A stretch of 64,000 bases of DNA from Geosiphon pyriformis uo1 (GCA_016748015.1 JAAOMT010000519.1:202046-266045); one strand, 5' to 3'. Counted from the first letter of the stretch, positions 13,183 through 26,431 are shown. The notes: a model not told the origin generated them from the sequence alone. Numbers and translations: made by a program.

Positions 13183-14245
13183 ACTGTTATCGTGACGACT
13201 TTTTTTCCCTAGTTTTCTAATTGTAATTGTAATTATTTAAATCTTAAAAACTCCCAATACAATTTACCTTTTTTTAGTTTCTCATTGTCTAATGTATTTA
13301 AATAAACATAGAGTCTATTACCAAACATCTCTATCTAACGTTGACAAAAATAAAGATAGCTTAAAATAAAATTTCTACTTTTGGTATTGAGATGAAACAC
13401 AGAGAAAAAACTAACTTTTTACAAATCGATCACAGTTCCATGAATTGATCGATCAAATCTTATCTCTAATCCATATTCATGCCCAAGTTAATTGAACAAA
13501 GCCTTTTTAAAATCGTATTCATTTTTCATTCCAATCAAAGAGCTTAATCTCTTGGTTTTACTTATTTCAGTCAACTTTGTTTTGACAATTTCTAAAGTAA
13601 TTTTCTTAATTACTTTTCCAAATTTAGCAAACTTTAAACGATTTCTGTTAATTATTACACTAAATTACCACGTGCAATAAACCATTGCAAACCGACAATC
13701 AACTTCGGATTAACGAAGTCATGATTTATAAATACTAATCAACATACATTGTTTAATATATATCTTCTTGTCATTATTAATCGAGCCTTTCCAACCTCTA
13801 AAAATAAATGAAGATTTGACGCACTTTAAAGAAATTTTGAAAATATTTCACTAATCATATTTATATTTAGGCTTTTTAACTTGTTCAGCGTCTTATTACT
13901 ATCACTCGTTAAGGCAAAGGGAATTATTGAAGCTCTAGCTATAATAAAAAGTCATTTATCACTTGGCCATCAGGAAAAAAGAAAAAATTTATTCAAGTCA
14001 ATATTAGGTATTTATTTATTTATTACACATATTCATTTCTTTATATTATTAATGTTTATGTCATATTATTACAACCACTTGAAAATTTATTGAGTTTATA
14101 AATTGTTTTTTGAGTTGTATTTATAGTTTTTATTTTATGAAAGATGAAGTGCATTTGAAATTATTGGACAAGAGATGACGGTGGACATTTAACATCAATT
14201 TTTAGAGATAGTAGCGTAATAAATAAAAATTTTATCTTGATAAAA

Positions 14246-14907
14246 TTAAATAATGTTCGCACAGGCTAGTCGTGTATCTAATAAAAAGTTTGGGGAGGGG
14301 GGAGGGGGATATAAATTTTCAAAAACTTGTTTTATTTCTTAAACAGCAATAATAAAAAAAGGTAATTAAAATAGAACTTACTATTAGGGAAATGGATGAC
14401 AACAGAACGTCCTTTGACACCAGAATCACCATCAATATCAAGAAATTGATCAGTATAAAAATTAGTAATAACTCCACTTCCCACGCCTTTAAGTTTCCCG
14501 TGTTTCCCACTAAGATCTCCAGCCTCACATTCTTCCGGTTTTTCTGGATTACAAACGTATTTACCATCAGAATATGTTTTGGCGGCGTTAGTAGGATCCA
14601 AATGACCTCCAGCATCAGTGCAATTAAAATTCTCGCCGATCTGATATTGGTGAACGTGATATGGGTAGCCGTCACCTGTGATATCTTTTAATCCAGTTTT
14701 AATAACAAGATTCACCAAGAGTGGGGAGTCTTGAGTTTTTTTCAGGAAAGTAAACTCTCCTGTAACACCTCCGCTTTGTCCATTAAAATTGGCCCTAGCG
14801 ATCCGTGAGCTTGATCCTGATTCTAATCTTGTTGTGCGAACTGGATTGGCATTTAGAATGGTAGATTGGTAAAAAAGTATTAAGCAAAAAGAGAAAAGTT
14901 TGAACAT
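14246..14907 (-). CDS. Secreted Cu-only superoxide dismutase (SOD5-like), paralogue of 12496-13182
   Basis: Exons 14907-14382 and 14277-14246. Signal peptide MFKLFSFCLILFYQSTILNA; YHVHQ, GGHLDP, CEAGDLSGKHG, SVVIHFPNNTRLACANII. Confidence 0.9.
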
Positions 14908-15745
14908 TATTCTTGGTCGATTAAAATATGATAAAAAAAAAAAGAATCAGTTTTGAAATTATTTTAAGAAAAAATTTCTATAAATTTTTCAATGAGGTTC
15001 AAGAAAATAATAAATTAATAAAATAAAATGGAAGAATAATTTGAAATACACAATTGAACTATTCGCAACAAAGGTGTATAAAAGCAAACTTGTTTGTAAA
15101 ATTCTAAACTAGAAAAGTAGGTATTTTTATATTAAAAAAAGACTTTGCTTACGAGTATATTCAGAAGTCAATATAAAAAGCCTCTTTCTAAATCAAAAGC
15201 TCCAAGCATAATCCGTATTTGAACAAAGTTTTCTTTTAAATATATATATATATATATTAATATGGCTGTTCTGCCATTTATTGAAAAGAAGCCACCAGGT
15301 TCAACTCATTTTTAAACTGATGCACTGTCATTTGAATTGCTAAAAAAAAATCTTTGTCAATATGGGTATAAAGAAAAAAAAAAAAGGAATTTTTATCGGA
15401 TTTACTTTAATGAAAAGAAAATCAAATGCCCTCCCGAGCAAATCTTTTTTTCACCAAGCAAAATAGAGATATTATTCAAAATAACATTACAAGTATAACT
15501 GTCATTTTTTAGCTATAAAGGAAACAGAGCCCTGTTAATTACACTATATATGTATTATTTGTGGCAGAGAAAAATAAAAAATTGCGGCAATAATCAGTTT
15601 CTCCAATTAGATGTAGAATGATAAACCAAATATCGAATCAAATGGTCAATTTTTATTAGAGATTGGTTAATAATTAGAAGAGGGTGATTATAGTTGGTAG
15701 ATTGTTGATCAGTTGTAATAAAATTTTTGGTATTTTTTATTAACA

Positions 15746-16690
15746 TTTTACGAATGAAGCCCAATCGCTATCTAGTATACAGAACCAGACTAAGTGGCTC
15801 AGACTAAATGAAACTCACGCACTTACTACATGTGACTAGCCACTCGGGCCATACAAGGCAACACTATACACCTACATAAAATTTCTAGTATATATAATTT
15901 GACCAAGCAAATAATACAAATCTTTCAATTCCTAAAAATATCTTATTTCAAAAAAAAAAACTTAAAAATCCTATAATATCAGAAAAATCATTAAACATAT
16001 CAAAATAAAATTTAAATAATTTTATAAAACAGTTTTTTATTAAAAATTAAAATTCTTTAAACTTTTTACAAAATACTTTATTGTTAAAAAAAGTTAATAG
16101 AAACATTTTACCTCTACAATATTTATGCAAATAATAATAGTACATAAATCCAACAAAAATATTTCATTACTTTTAAATAATACAACAACTTATATATACT
16201 TGAAAAAATATTTTTTTTTTTTTTTTTTACCAATATTATTCTTTATTATTATTATTATTATTCATTCAAAATAAATTTTGTATATAAATTAATTATTTTT
16301 AAATGTTGACATATAAAAATTATTTGCTATTAACAGAAACAATATTTATAATCTTTTTAACATTATAAATGCAATTATTTTTATTATGCAAACTGGAATT
16401 CTGTTAAATTCAGTTTAATTTGTGCAGTTTGAAGAAAAATAAAATTTTTGCCTTTTTTTACATTGGTAAATAATCTTTTATCTAATGATAATATTATAAA
16501 AAAATTAATTAATTATTAGATATAATAAATAATTTCTAGTTTTAAAAGTAAATAACTTTTAAATAAATAATTACTGAATTTAATTTCTTAATTTTATATA
16601 TATTTTTATATAATCTTTTCTTGTAAATAAAATCTAGAGTAAAAAATTTCTACCTAATTTTTAATAATATTAATAAAATACATTTGATAA
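15746..16690. mobile_element. Probable decayed transposon/LTR relic
   Basis: Abrupt GC-richer non-coding ~150 bp (cgaatgaagcccaatcgctatctagtatacagaaccagactaagtggctcagact...) grading into an AT-extreme tract. No partner LTR recognised in the window. Confidence 0.3.
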
Positions 16691-18642
16691 TTATAACAAT
16701 AATAGCAGCAATAACAGGAATGAACAACAATTTTTTGTCAATCCGAGATTACCAATTATGATTGTTGCACTGATTATTACATACATAAAAATGTTGTAAA
16801 CCAAAGATATAAACGTAACCCAAAGTACCATCAAAACCTGAAATTAACGGGAATGACCATGTAATTAGTTTTTTGGCGTAATTTTCGTGTCGAGAAACAT
16901 TACACAAAAATAAAATTTTTATGAGAATACTCTGCGAAATTCATTCTTGAACAACGTTGCGTGCAATTTTCTTGGTTACATTCGTTCATGAATGTTGAAA
17001 AAAGATACTTTGAGGGAACATTATAATATTATAAAGCAACTCTTGTGTTTTGAAGTGCTAAAAATCAATATAATTTCCAACACTTCTCAAGATATGATTT
17101 ATTTGATAGAAAAAGTTATTTTCAAACTTTATATTCAAGAAAACTATACTGAGCTGTTGTTTCACTTCAACTATTTGTAAAAACCACGAGAAAAAGAAAA
17201 TCGAGAACAGAAGAAATGCCAACGAAAACAGTATATTCTGCCATAATTCTCGCAATCTGTGCTTGGTTCACATCAATAGGTCTCGCTCCGCCTCCTTTTG
17301 CACCAGAATTTCGAACGTATTCAAAAGAATTTAAAATTGAAATTTTTAGAAAAATCAATAAAACACGTACATATTTCACTCTAGACGTTTGGTAAAATTC
17401 CTTGATTTTGGAAATTTGTTTTTATAAAAAGAAAGTTTTTATATATTTCTTTAGTCATTAAAAGGAGCATTGTTGAGATTGTAAATTTTTGAGCTATAAA
17501 ATGTGGTCTTGAAATTTTTTGAGAAAATCCAAATTAGCAACCAACCAACCAACCAACCAACTAAAAACTTTTTCGGAATAGGCTTTATGAACGGGGGGAA
17601 TATCAAAGTTTTCCACTAGTATATTTTTGGAGATGATTTACTATTGAAAAGTTATAACCATTTGTATAAATGAGATCTTTCAAAGTAAAATGAGAAGCTT
17701 TTATTTAGCATATGAAATTCTCACCAGAGTAATTTCTATTCAATTAATAATAATAATCTTGAAAATATACCTGTGATTAAAGAATTTGTATTAGGTTCAA
17801 TTGACAAATTTAAAGATTAAAATATAAAGTCATTTTTTTATTTATCATATTTATGAGAACGTGCTTACTATATTTCATTGTAAGAGATCGCTCTTGCTTA
17901 TTATATATACAATGTCCCTATATAGTGATCTTCACTCTAAAAATTTTTTTCTGTCGTCATTTATCATCGAATGCTCTTGGTTCTCCGTCTCCCTTCCTGT
18001 TTTTAACAATGACAAGTTTTAGATTGTTTATTTAAAGGATCAGGTGTTGCTGAGAAAAAGATTCCTTGAGTCAATATTGCCCTATTTCCACAATCGATAA
18101 AGAAAAAAAAGTCATGAGAACATCCAGATCCCTTTAAAAATGTTTGATCATGAGCTTTTTAGGGTACCAACAGTGGAACAAATCATCGCCAAAGGAATAA
18201 TAGATTCAGTATTTTTTCAAGGGCTTTGTAACACTCTGCAATTGTATTTCCGCAATGCGAAAATTTTGAATTCCCATTTTCGAAAAAAGGATATATTGAT
18301 GACGTAAAGTAAATAAAAAAGTTCATTTCGAATCAAATCGCGCAAAATTGACCAATTAAATTTTATTTTTTCTTTGGAAAGAACCAATCGGGTTCTTTAG
18401 TTTAGAGTCTTCTGAGGTCGTGTGAGGGTGCTTCTTTGTAATTATTGGTCGTAAAAATTTCGGTGGTTAAATAAGGATAAAAGCACTGAAAAACCGTTCT
18501 CAAAATATCAAACTACTGAAAAACTTTATTTGAATTGAAAAATTAAATTCCCTAGAGTTTTTAAAATACTTCCTTTGTCCTTTTACCGTTTAAACCGAAA
18601 CTTATTCTTGGCAATTAGAAATATTATACCTTTCATTCAATC

Positions 18643-19068
18643 ATGAAGCTTCACAAAAAGGTTTCCCTTTGTGACATCTTTGTTATTTTACCTCATGAAA
18701 TAATCATCAACATTTTTGGGGAGTTAAATATTAGTGACATCTTTTCTGTGGCATTGGTATGCTTTAAAAAATTTTTAAGTTCATGTTTAGTTACATTATT
18801 TTTGAATTCAAAACAATTATCATCTTTTCAATTTACAAAAGGTCAACAAACATCTTAGACAGCATACCCTCGATTCTTATTTGTGGTACATCTTATGCCT
18901 TCGCCTATTAGGTTTAGACTATGTAAGTGAAATCTCCAAGAAATTATCCACTCAGGAAAAAGAAGAAATCTTGCGCTTGAATTGCTCCAACTCTTGGAAA
19001 AATACATTAATTGATAAATGTGAGCTTCTTTAAAATAATTACTCTTCAAATACATCACTACTTTGCAA

Positions 19069-19112
<44 letters not shown>

Positions 19113-20081
19113 TAAAAACATATCTAGACAGACCCCATGTATTTCTTGCTAAAGAATGCGAGATTTTATCTTACAATTCACGTCCTATCGGAAATGTCAA
19201 TTCAATGATTAAGCAGCCTTACATTTTGGATGATATAGAGAGGTAATTTCAAATTTAAAGTATTTTTTAATACTTTTCAGCCATTATAATCCTAAAATTT
19301 GCTTTCGAATAGTAGTAGATTTGGAAAAATTGTTCGTATCCCCTCGAATGTAGAGAAGGATATTTACTTTTCGAGCGTGAGTAATCTAAAAAGGTCTCAT
19401 TAATTTGGTATCAAGAAATTTATATTTTAATAGGGAATCAGTCTCATAAATCTTTCAATTCTTTCCAGTTGAATGCAGTGATCAAAGATGTTCGTCCTGG
19501 GACGTATTATGTTGTCTGGAGAATGGTTGTTCATAATCTCACTGTTTTCCAGAACACAAAATTTGTGACTAGGGTGATGGAGATGGTATGTATTTAAGAT
19601 TATTAAATTCACTTACTATTATCTAAAATTTTTTTACCTTATGACCTATATGGGTTTCGTTCAACAAGAATCACAATCGCGAAATCAAAAGGTTATGCTA
19701 CAAACCACAACTTTCTGATTATTTGGACAGCACATTCCAAAACGGTCCAATAGATTATCAATTACCTTATAAAATTGAGATTCCAGCAGGTGACTATGAA
19801 AATCACCAGAATTATAACGTGATGGTATCATTCAAAAGTCTTGTTGGAATCCCGTGGTTCTCTCCAAAACTCGTGAGTAATATTAAGTGTTCTCAAAATT
19901 TACTAATAACTATATATTTATAATTTTTAAAATCTATTTTTTTAATTTCCATTTTTAGGATTTCGATTTTGTTTATTTGCACCCATGTTCCAATAAATCT
20001 GGACATATGAAAAGAATAAGAATAAAAAAAATCTGGTCAATTGTGAAAGATAAACTGCTATTACCCACCCTTGGTCACTAA
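18643..20081 (+). CDS. F-box protein with a beta-rich C-terminal domain, 7 exons, ~304 aa
   Basis: Exons 18643-18756, 18842-19019, 19128-19242, 19313-19376, 19469-19585, 19669-19872, 19959-20081 (915 nt, in frame). F-box LPHEIIINIFGELNISDIFSVAL|VNKHLRQHTLDSYLWYILC; downstream SRFGKIVRI, DVRPGTYYVVWRM, DYQLPYKIEI, DFDFVYLHP. Some splice sites have alternatives. Confidence 0.75.
19072..19112. repeat. (AAT)n microsatellite in F-box intron 2
   Basis: Directly visible. Confidence 0.9.
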
Positions 20082-20875
20082 AAAAAGGTGAAGATTAAGT
20101 AATTTATGCTTTTCAGCTATGTTCTCTTTTTAAATAAAACTTTTTTGTAAATATAATTAACATTATTTGTAATATATAAATATATATATATATATATATA
20201 TGAAATATTTGGTTTTCCTTTATAGAAATACTAAGAATTAACTTTTAAACTTTTGTTTATTTAAGATTTTTTTCATGCTAAAATTGAATTTATGATTTTT
20301 TTCTATAAACCTATTATGTAATATGTATAAGATTTGTTTACACAAGAGCATTAATTACCTAATATTTGAGAACTTATTTATGTAGCAGAGATTTATTGAA
20401 AATTTCATTTTTTTATTCAAAAAGACATATGTCTTTTTACTTTTGGCAGTTTTATAATACATGTAAAATTTGTTTCCACCTTTCTAAATTTTCAGGAAAC
20501 ATTTGATAATTGCGATCAATATTTAGAATGAGAAATATGAACGTCATCTCAAAAGGATTTTTACAGAAACTGACCAAACCTTTGGAAGAAATCTAAGCAC
20601 AAAAAATCCTAAAATAGAAATCCAAAAAGCTATATTTTATCATCTTTTAATTTAATTTCACATTTTTAAATTTTACAAAGTCTATACATGAAGACATATG
20701 AGCCGAAAATTGGACAAAAAAATATACGAGGGATTTCTTTAAATATTTTTTAGTAAAGTACGAAGACAAAACAAAAGAGTATTCACCACTTTAAAACTAT
20801 CTTCAAAAAAAGGTCCAAAAGTTTTTTCATATTTTTGTACAAGTGATAATAAAATTATCGTTATGATGTTTTGAA

Positions 20876-21460
20876 TCAGGATTTTTTCCCCGGTTTTAAA
20901 GTAGTTTTTGTGTCTTGTAACTGAGGAGTAAATTTGGAGGAACAGCCCATGAAAAATTCTTCCCCATCTTGATCCTCATCTCGAGCTCCGCAAAAGTCCC
21001 AATCATCTTCAATCTCATTTGGTTTATTATTGAGTGAAGAACATGCTTCTTTTATGTTGGGAGTACTTCCAGAATTTTCTGTTGAAAATGCTTCGATCAA
21101 AGCAGGAATCCCTATTGCAGTTGAAACTTGACGAATCAGTTTTCCTGGCTTAGAAACAATTGAATTTTGATTGGATAATTCCACTTGATGTTCTTGATTT
21201 AAAGGATCATCTGTTGGCTTGCTATCTTTGAATGTAACGTCATCAAAGGGAATCTTCGAGGATGAATTGTAAGAATCGAGGTAAGTGTGAAGTGGTTGTG
21301 GTTTTCTTAGTTGTTTTTTGTAAAATTTTTTTTGTCGTCTCTTTGATTCCTGTGGCTTTTGCGACTGACATGCTGAGCGTAATTGCAGAGAATATGGATG
21401 ATGAATCGGTCTGGTTCGTGTTCGTGCCACGTGATCATTGTTTTCTGAAGAAGGATGCAT
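20876..21460 (-). CDS. Hypothetical, probably disordered protein (194 aa, single exon)
   Basis: Uninterrupted 194-codon ORF in AT-rich DNA with a true ATG and an upstream TATAAATA on the minus strand (~21552-21559); basic N-terminal half, acidic C-terminal patch; no recognisable domain. Confidence 0.65.
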   Translation of the reverse strand: MHPSSENNDHVARTRTRPIHHPYSLQLRSACQSQKPQESKRRQKKFYKKQLRKPQPLHTYLDSYNSSSKIPFDDVTFKDSKPTDDPLNQEHQVELSNQNSIVSKPGKLIRQVSTAIGIPALIEAFSTENSGSTPNIKEACSSLNNKPNEIEDDWDFCGARDEDQDGEEFFMGCSSKFTPQLQDTKTTLKPGKKS

Positions 21461-24400
21461 TTTCTTGAATTTTTTACTTTTCCTTTCTCAAATCAATTTG
21501 AAAACTCGGATTCAACTATTTTCAATGAATAATTATAGGAGCCTTGATCTCTATTTATAATTTTTCGACAGCCTAATGACTCGGGAACTGTGACTGGGGC
21601 AATTTAAAAAGGCGATTTTTGCTCGTCCGACTGACTGATTTTTGGTTTCGTTCCTTTATGAAATTTGTTTATTTATTGACATCTTTTTTTCCAGCTAGTA
21701 AATTCATTGCGATCAAACTCACAAAATCTTGAATACCAAATAAATTGCTGAAATTAATTTTGAGATTGTTGGACCACAAAGTTATTCATTTTTTGCTTTT
21801 CCTTTGGTTTCTTAATCAAAATCACCCATCTATCTAGAAACTAAATTTATTTGGGGTTGGTTTTAACATCTTTCGCAGTTTGAATTTTTTTAAACCACCT
21901 GTGTATTGAAGAGACTGGATTACTAACATGTTACATTAAAAATTTTTAGCCTGAGGTTAAGTCACATAAAGTTATTACCTAATTCCCTGCTAAACATTTT
22001 TCTTTCAAAGGAGCGCATTTTTGATCATGTTGTTTGGAAAAATATCAATAAAAATGACAAATATTTAGAAGACTTCAGAAATTTTTTTGCCTAAAGAGAT
22101 TATTGTTTCAATGACGCGGGTTTAAACTATGCTTAAATTTGTAAAATTTAAGAATAACAAGATTTTTATTGGGGAAAAAAAAAAAACAATGACAAAATTC
22201 TACGGGATTTGAAATAGGAAGAGTTCAACAAAGATTTTTTACGACATACCATTGCATCATTATGATGACAACTGAAGATTTTAGCTTAATCGTAAAATCT
22301 TATTTGATTTTCAGGAGTTCACAAACAAAAAAGAATTTTATTTATTTGATTTTCCTGAATCAGGTGGTTTCACCAATTTTCTTGAAACTTTTGACTGTTT
22401 GATTTTTCAGACGCTTTTTTGATTTTTTGATTTTTTAAATTAATAATACTTTTTAATCATTAAAAAAAGATACAAAAATCTTTTATCTGAAAATATGAAT
22501 TTTAAATCTGATAGCCAATTCAAAAACCTTATTGTTACTAATCTCAAAATCTAAAACGAATTTTAAATTTTGTTAATTCACTTTGTACAAAACCTATTTT
22601 TGAAATAACAAGATTTTCATTATACGTTTGCTTAGTCAGGTACAAAAAAGATTGTACAAATTTTTATGAAATTCCTTTTTTTTCATTTTTCATTTTTTTA
22701 AAATAGAATTTAGGGAAATATCAGTTTTATATAAAAGTATTGGTCAAACCTGAGCCCACAAAACGATGACTTTATATAAAAAATTCCAGATATTCATTAC
22801 TTTCACAACCTGCAAAGAACTAAATACAAAGTTCCAAGCCTCTTTACCAATTCTTATTTTTAAAAAAAATAGTTGTTTATTATACCACCATTAGATGTAC
22901 ATGTACGAGTGAAAATCTTTATGGAATTTCCATCTGTCAACGTAATTTGTCCATTTTTAGCAAAATCATAATCTTTCATTCTGCCATTGTAGAGCCTTAA
23001 TTAGAATCTCATAGTGGGAAAAAAAATTATTTTCATTTAAAATACCATCCCTATTAATACTTGATGTTGTTTCTAGACAATAGAATCGGGTATTTAAAAT
23101 TTAAGAATCAAATATAGTTCAAAAGATATTTTTGAAATCACTGGTCAAACTTTGTCACATACAAGTTATAAATAGCATGGATATTCTACAACAGAAAAAA
23201 ACCACCATAATCAAAAACGAAACAAAATAAAATAAATCTTGAATTTTAGATTAAAGTTTCTCAAAGTGAATTTTTGTACTCCTTTTTAAATGAGCATTCA
23301 TTATATTCAAAGAAATCTTTCATTCATTTAATAATCATTGTCACTCATTAGGCTTCTAAGAATTTTAAATTTCTTTTCAGAAACATAGACAAGAAGAAAT
23401 CAGATTGAGAAATATTTCGGCAAGATTTCCAATAACATTCGGTTCTGATATGCTATACTCGAAGCCAAGAAATAGAATGTACATCCCTCAATGATCATTT
23501 GATATATCGAACACCTTTAGAGTTCCCCATCTCAATCTGATGATGGGTACCCATTATTTTGGTCATTGTTGATTTTATTTTTCCCTTATAGGTCAATTGT
23601 ATTCAGCTGAGTCACGGTCTCACCATGAAGATCTATTACACAAATTTTCAGATTTAGATGTAAATAACATGATAAAAAAACATTGGGAATCAAGAATTCT
23701 TACTTTTTTTTTGACTCAATGATAAATTTCAGACATCCTATTTCACCCGAGAAACGAAGAATTGAAAGTAGATCTTTTCAATAGAATTCGAAATCAGTGC
23801 TTATATAATGCAATCAATTCTTTATTTGAAACTCTTTGGAAATTGCTGCAGAGATCTAAAGGAATTCGAAAGTATCACTTCAAAATAAAGCTTAAAAAGT
23901 AGAAAAATTGATTGAAAATTTCCAAATATTTAGTTATTCTCTATGAGCGTATTGGTGTCTTTGCAAGAAAAAAATGCATAATGAATATGTGGGAAAACTT
24001 CATGGCATTCTACTTTCATCATATAATGTTTTCACTGTTACCTAGATATTTCGTCACATTTGGACTCGCTGCTTTGAAGGAAAAATTTTTACAAGCTAAA
24101 AAGACAACTGAAAAATGAAATACTAGCTCATGATTTCTATCAAAATTATTCGTTTTTAATGGCGAGCAAATAATATGAACATGACAAATTTTATAGCTTA
24201 ATATTATTTTTAAGATAATTTTCATTGTGAATATCCTAGCTCTCTCTAACCTCCGTCTTAAATAAAATGACGAGCATAATTTTTCCTAAAGGTAAAATAA
24301 GGAGAAAATATAAGTAAAAATACAGATTATGTTCACTCTGCAGGTGCTCGTGTTACAAATTTTTACGCGCTTAGGACGCCAATCACCTATTTATAGGTGG

Positions 24401-24734
24401 ATCATTTTAGGGGAAACAATGTGGATTTCCTGTATCAAAAAAAAATCAAAAAAACTTGATTACTTCCTTTTTAAGCATAGTCGTCACGAATATCCTGATA
24501 GAATGTGCCACAAGCAATTCAGGTGGATCAAATGGTCCAACTTTTTTATTAAACTCATTCATATGAATTGTACTTTCCTTAATTGAAAAAGATTCTTAAA
24601 GACCCGTTGTCCTGATTTTTAGCAGTTGCTCTTTTGCGTTTCACCTTTTCTGGTATTTTAGTCGAAATATTTTGTTACTTGAAAAATATTATTTTTTACT
24701 TTCTCTGTTAACAAAATATTTTGTCCCACGAAGA

Positions 24735-25708
24735 ATGTCCTGGCAAGTTGCATCCCTTTGTACGATTTATCCACTTATTTTTGGCATCTCGATTGCTATC
24801 ATAGGTTTACTTAGTCGTTGGATTGTAACAGCACATTCGTTTATTGTACATATCAATGAAAAAGAGAATCTTTTTGTTCATGTAAAATATCCGGTCGATG
24901 TTTACCTGACTTTTGTTCTCGCTGGCATATCTTTACTTCTTGCTGTTGCCGTCTTCATTCCAAATATATCACGAAAACGCAATTTTCAAACTGGTCTTTT
25001 ATTCTTTAACGCCTTACTTTCGTTAGTTTGGCTTTTCGACTCACTGATAATTGTGACAAGAGCTGAGAATGGATCAATGATTGACAAATACTTTGTTAAT
25101 AAAAATCTCTTGAGATATGCGTTAGGTAGTATTGATGATATAAACGACAAAAAACTAGATGAAATCTCGAACCTTGGTACACTAGTCATGATTTTGGCCT
25201 GGGTTGAATTCTTTTTAATGGCGTTGACGATCGTGATAAAACTCTCGGAAAAGAGAAAAGATTGGGAAAACGAAGAAGATACGGATCCGAACAGTTTCGG
25301 TTGTCACATGGGTTATGATAAGGATGCTCGTGAATTAAACATTGATGGCACTGGTGAACAAACATCTTCGTATTCAAAAGTGCAGGGCACTGAGAATTCA
25401 AAAAATAGTGCTAAAATTGATCCTGAAAAAGCTGTTGGTGATGGTGAATACGCGATTGCAAGGTATAGTTTCCGTAATCAGGAAGATAACGATTTCAGTT
25501 TCAAAGTGGGTGATCGAATTCGTATCATCCGAAAATCTCGAAAAGCCAACGATTGGTGGTTGGGTGAAGTTAACGGAAAAATTGGTGAAGTATGTATTGT
25601 TTCTTCATTTTTTTTTTTTCTTCAAGAATGAATTTCTTCGGAATGCATAAATCTAACTTTAACAAATTTTTTCTATAGTTTCCAGCAAACTACGTTAAAC
25701 TTGAGTAA
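24735..25708 (+). CDS. Four-transmembrane (MARVEL-like) protein with C-terminal SH3 domain, ~294 aa
   Basis: First true ATG at 24735; exons 24735-25589 and 25679-25708. Four hydrophobic segments, then SH3 YAIARYSFRNQEDNDFSFKVGDRIRIIRKSRKANDWWLGEVNGKIGE|FPANYVKLE. Confidence 0.85.
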
Positions 25709-26431
25709 ACGCAATTATCTGTCGAAATCTTTTATTAGGATTTTAACTTTAAAAAAGTCCCTTTGATTTCTTGGTTAACTTAAAAAAATGTTGCTATTTA
25801 GATTGTATTTTGTATAAAGAATCTTTAGTTCAATATTCTATTTGTTCGAAAAACTTTTTAGGAAATTCTAGTCCCTCATAAAACATTAGTTGGGAATTTA
25901 GGTTATTTTAAAATGAAAAGGTGGCTCATTAAAATATAAAATGAACAGGATGTAGGCTAATCAACTTCAAATTGGTTTGATGTAAACAGTATATTTTAAT
26001 TCAGAAAAATGTGTTGTGATGATAGAAAATATTTAACCAGAATTTCTTTATTTCCCATTTTTCTTTTGAAAAAAAAAAGAAGTTCTTCCAGGTTTCCAAA
26101 AACATGATTAACTTTATATTATTAATTAATGATTCAAAATAGATAGCCTTTTGAGTTTTGCAATTTTTTTTACACTATATTAAAGACTTCAATATCTTTT
26201 ATAATAAAGTTTTTAATTTGATTTCATATAAATACCAAAAAATTTCTCAGTTCTTTTTATTCTTAGTTTTAGAACACTTAAATTAAAACCCCAAAAAAAA
26301 AAAATGTATATCGTTTTAATGTTTTAATATATTGGATTAAGCAATAAACCAAAAATAAAGCTGTGTTTCAAAATAAATCTCAAACCAAAAAGGGAAATCC
26401 TGAAAACATTTAATTTGAATTGGAGTTTTTT

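Noticed and set aside
16690-17379. Protein-like hydrophobic fragments on the minus strand (NSGAKGGGARPIDVNQAQIARIMAEY..., VLMVLWVTFISLVYNIF...)
   Set aside because: Could not be joined into a frame-consistent gene or assigned to a family; may be a decayed gene.
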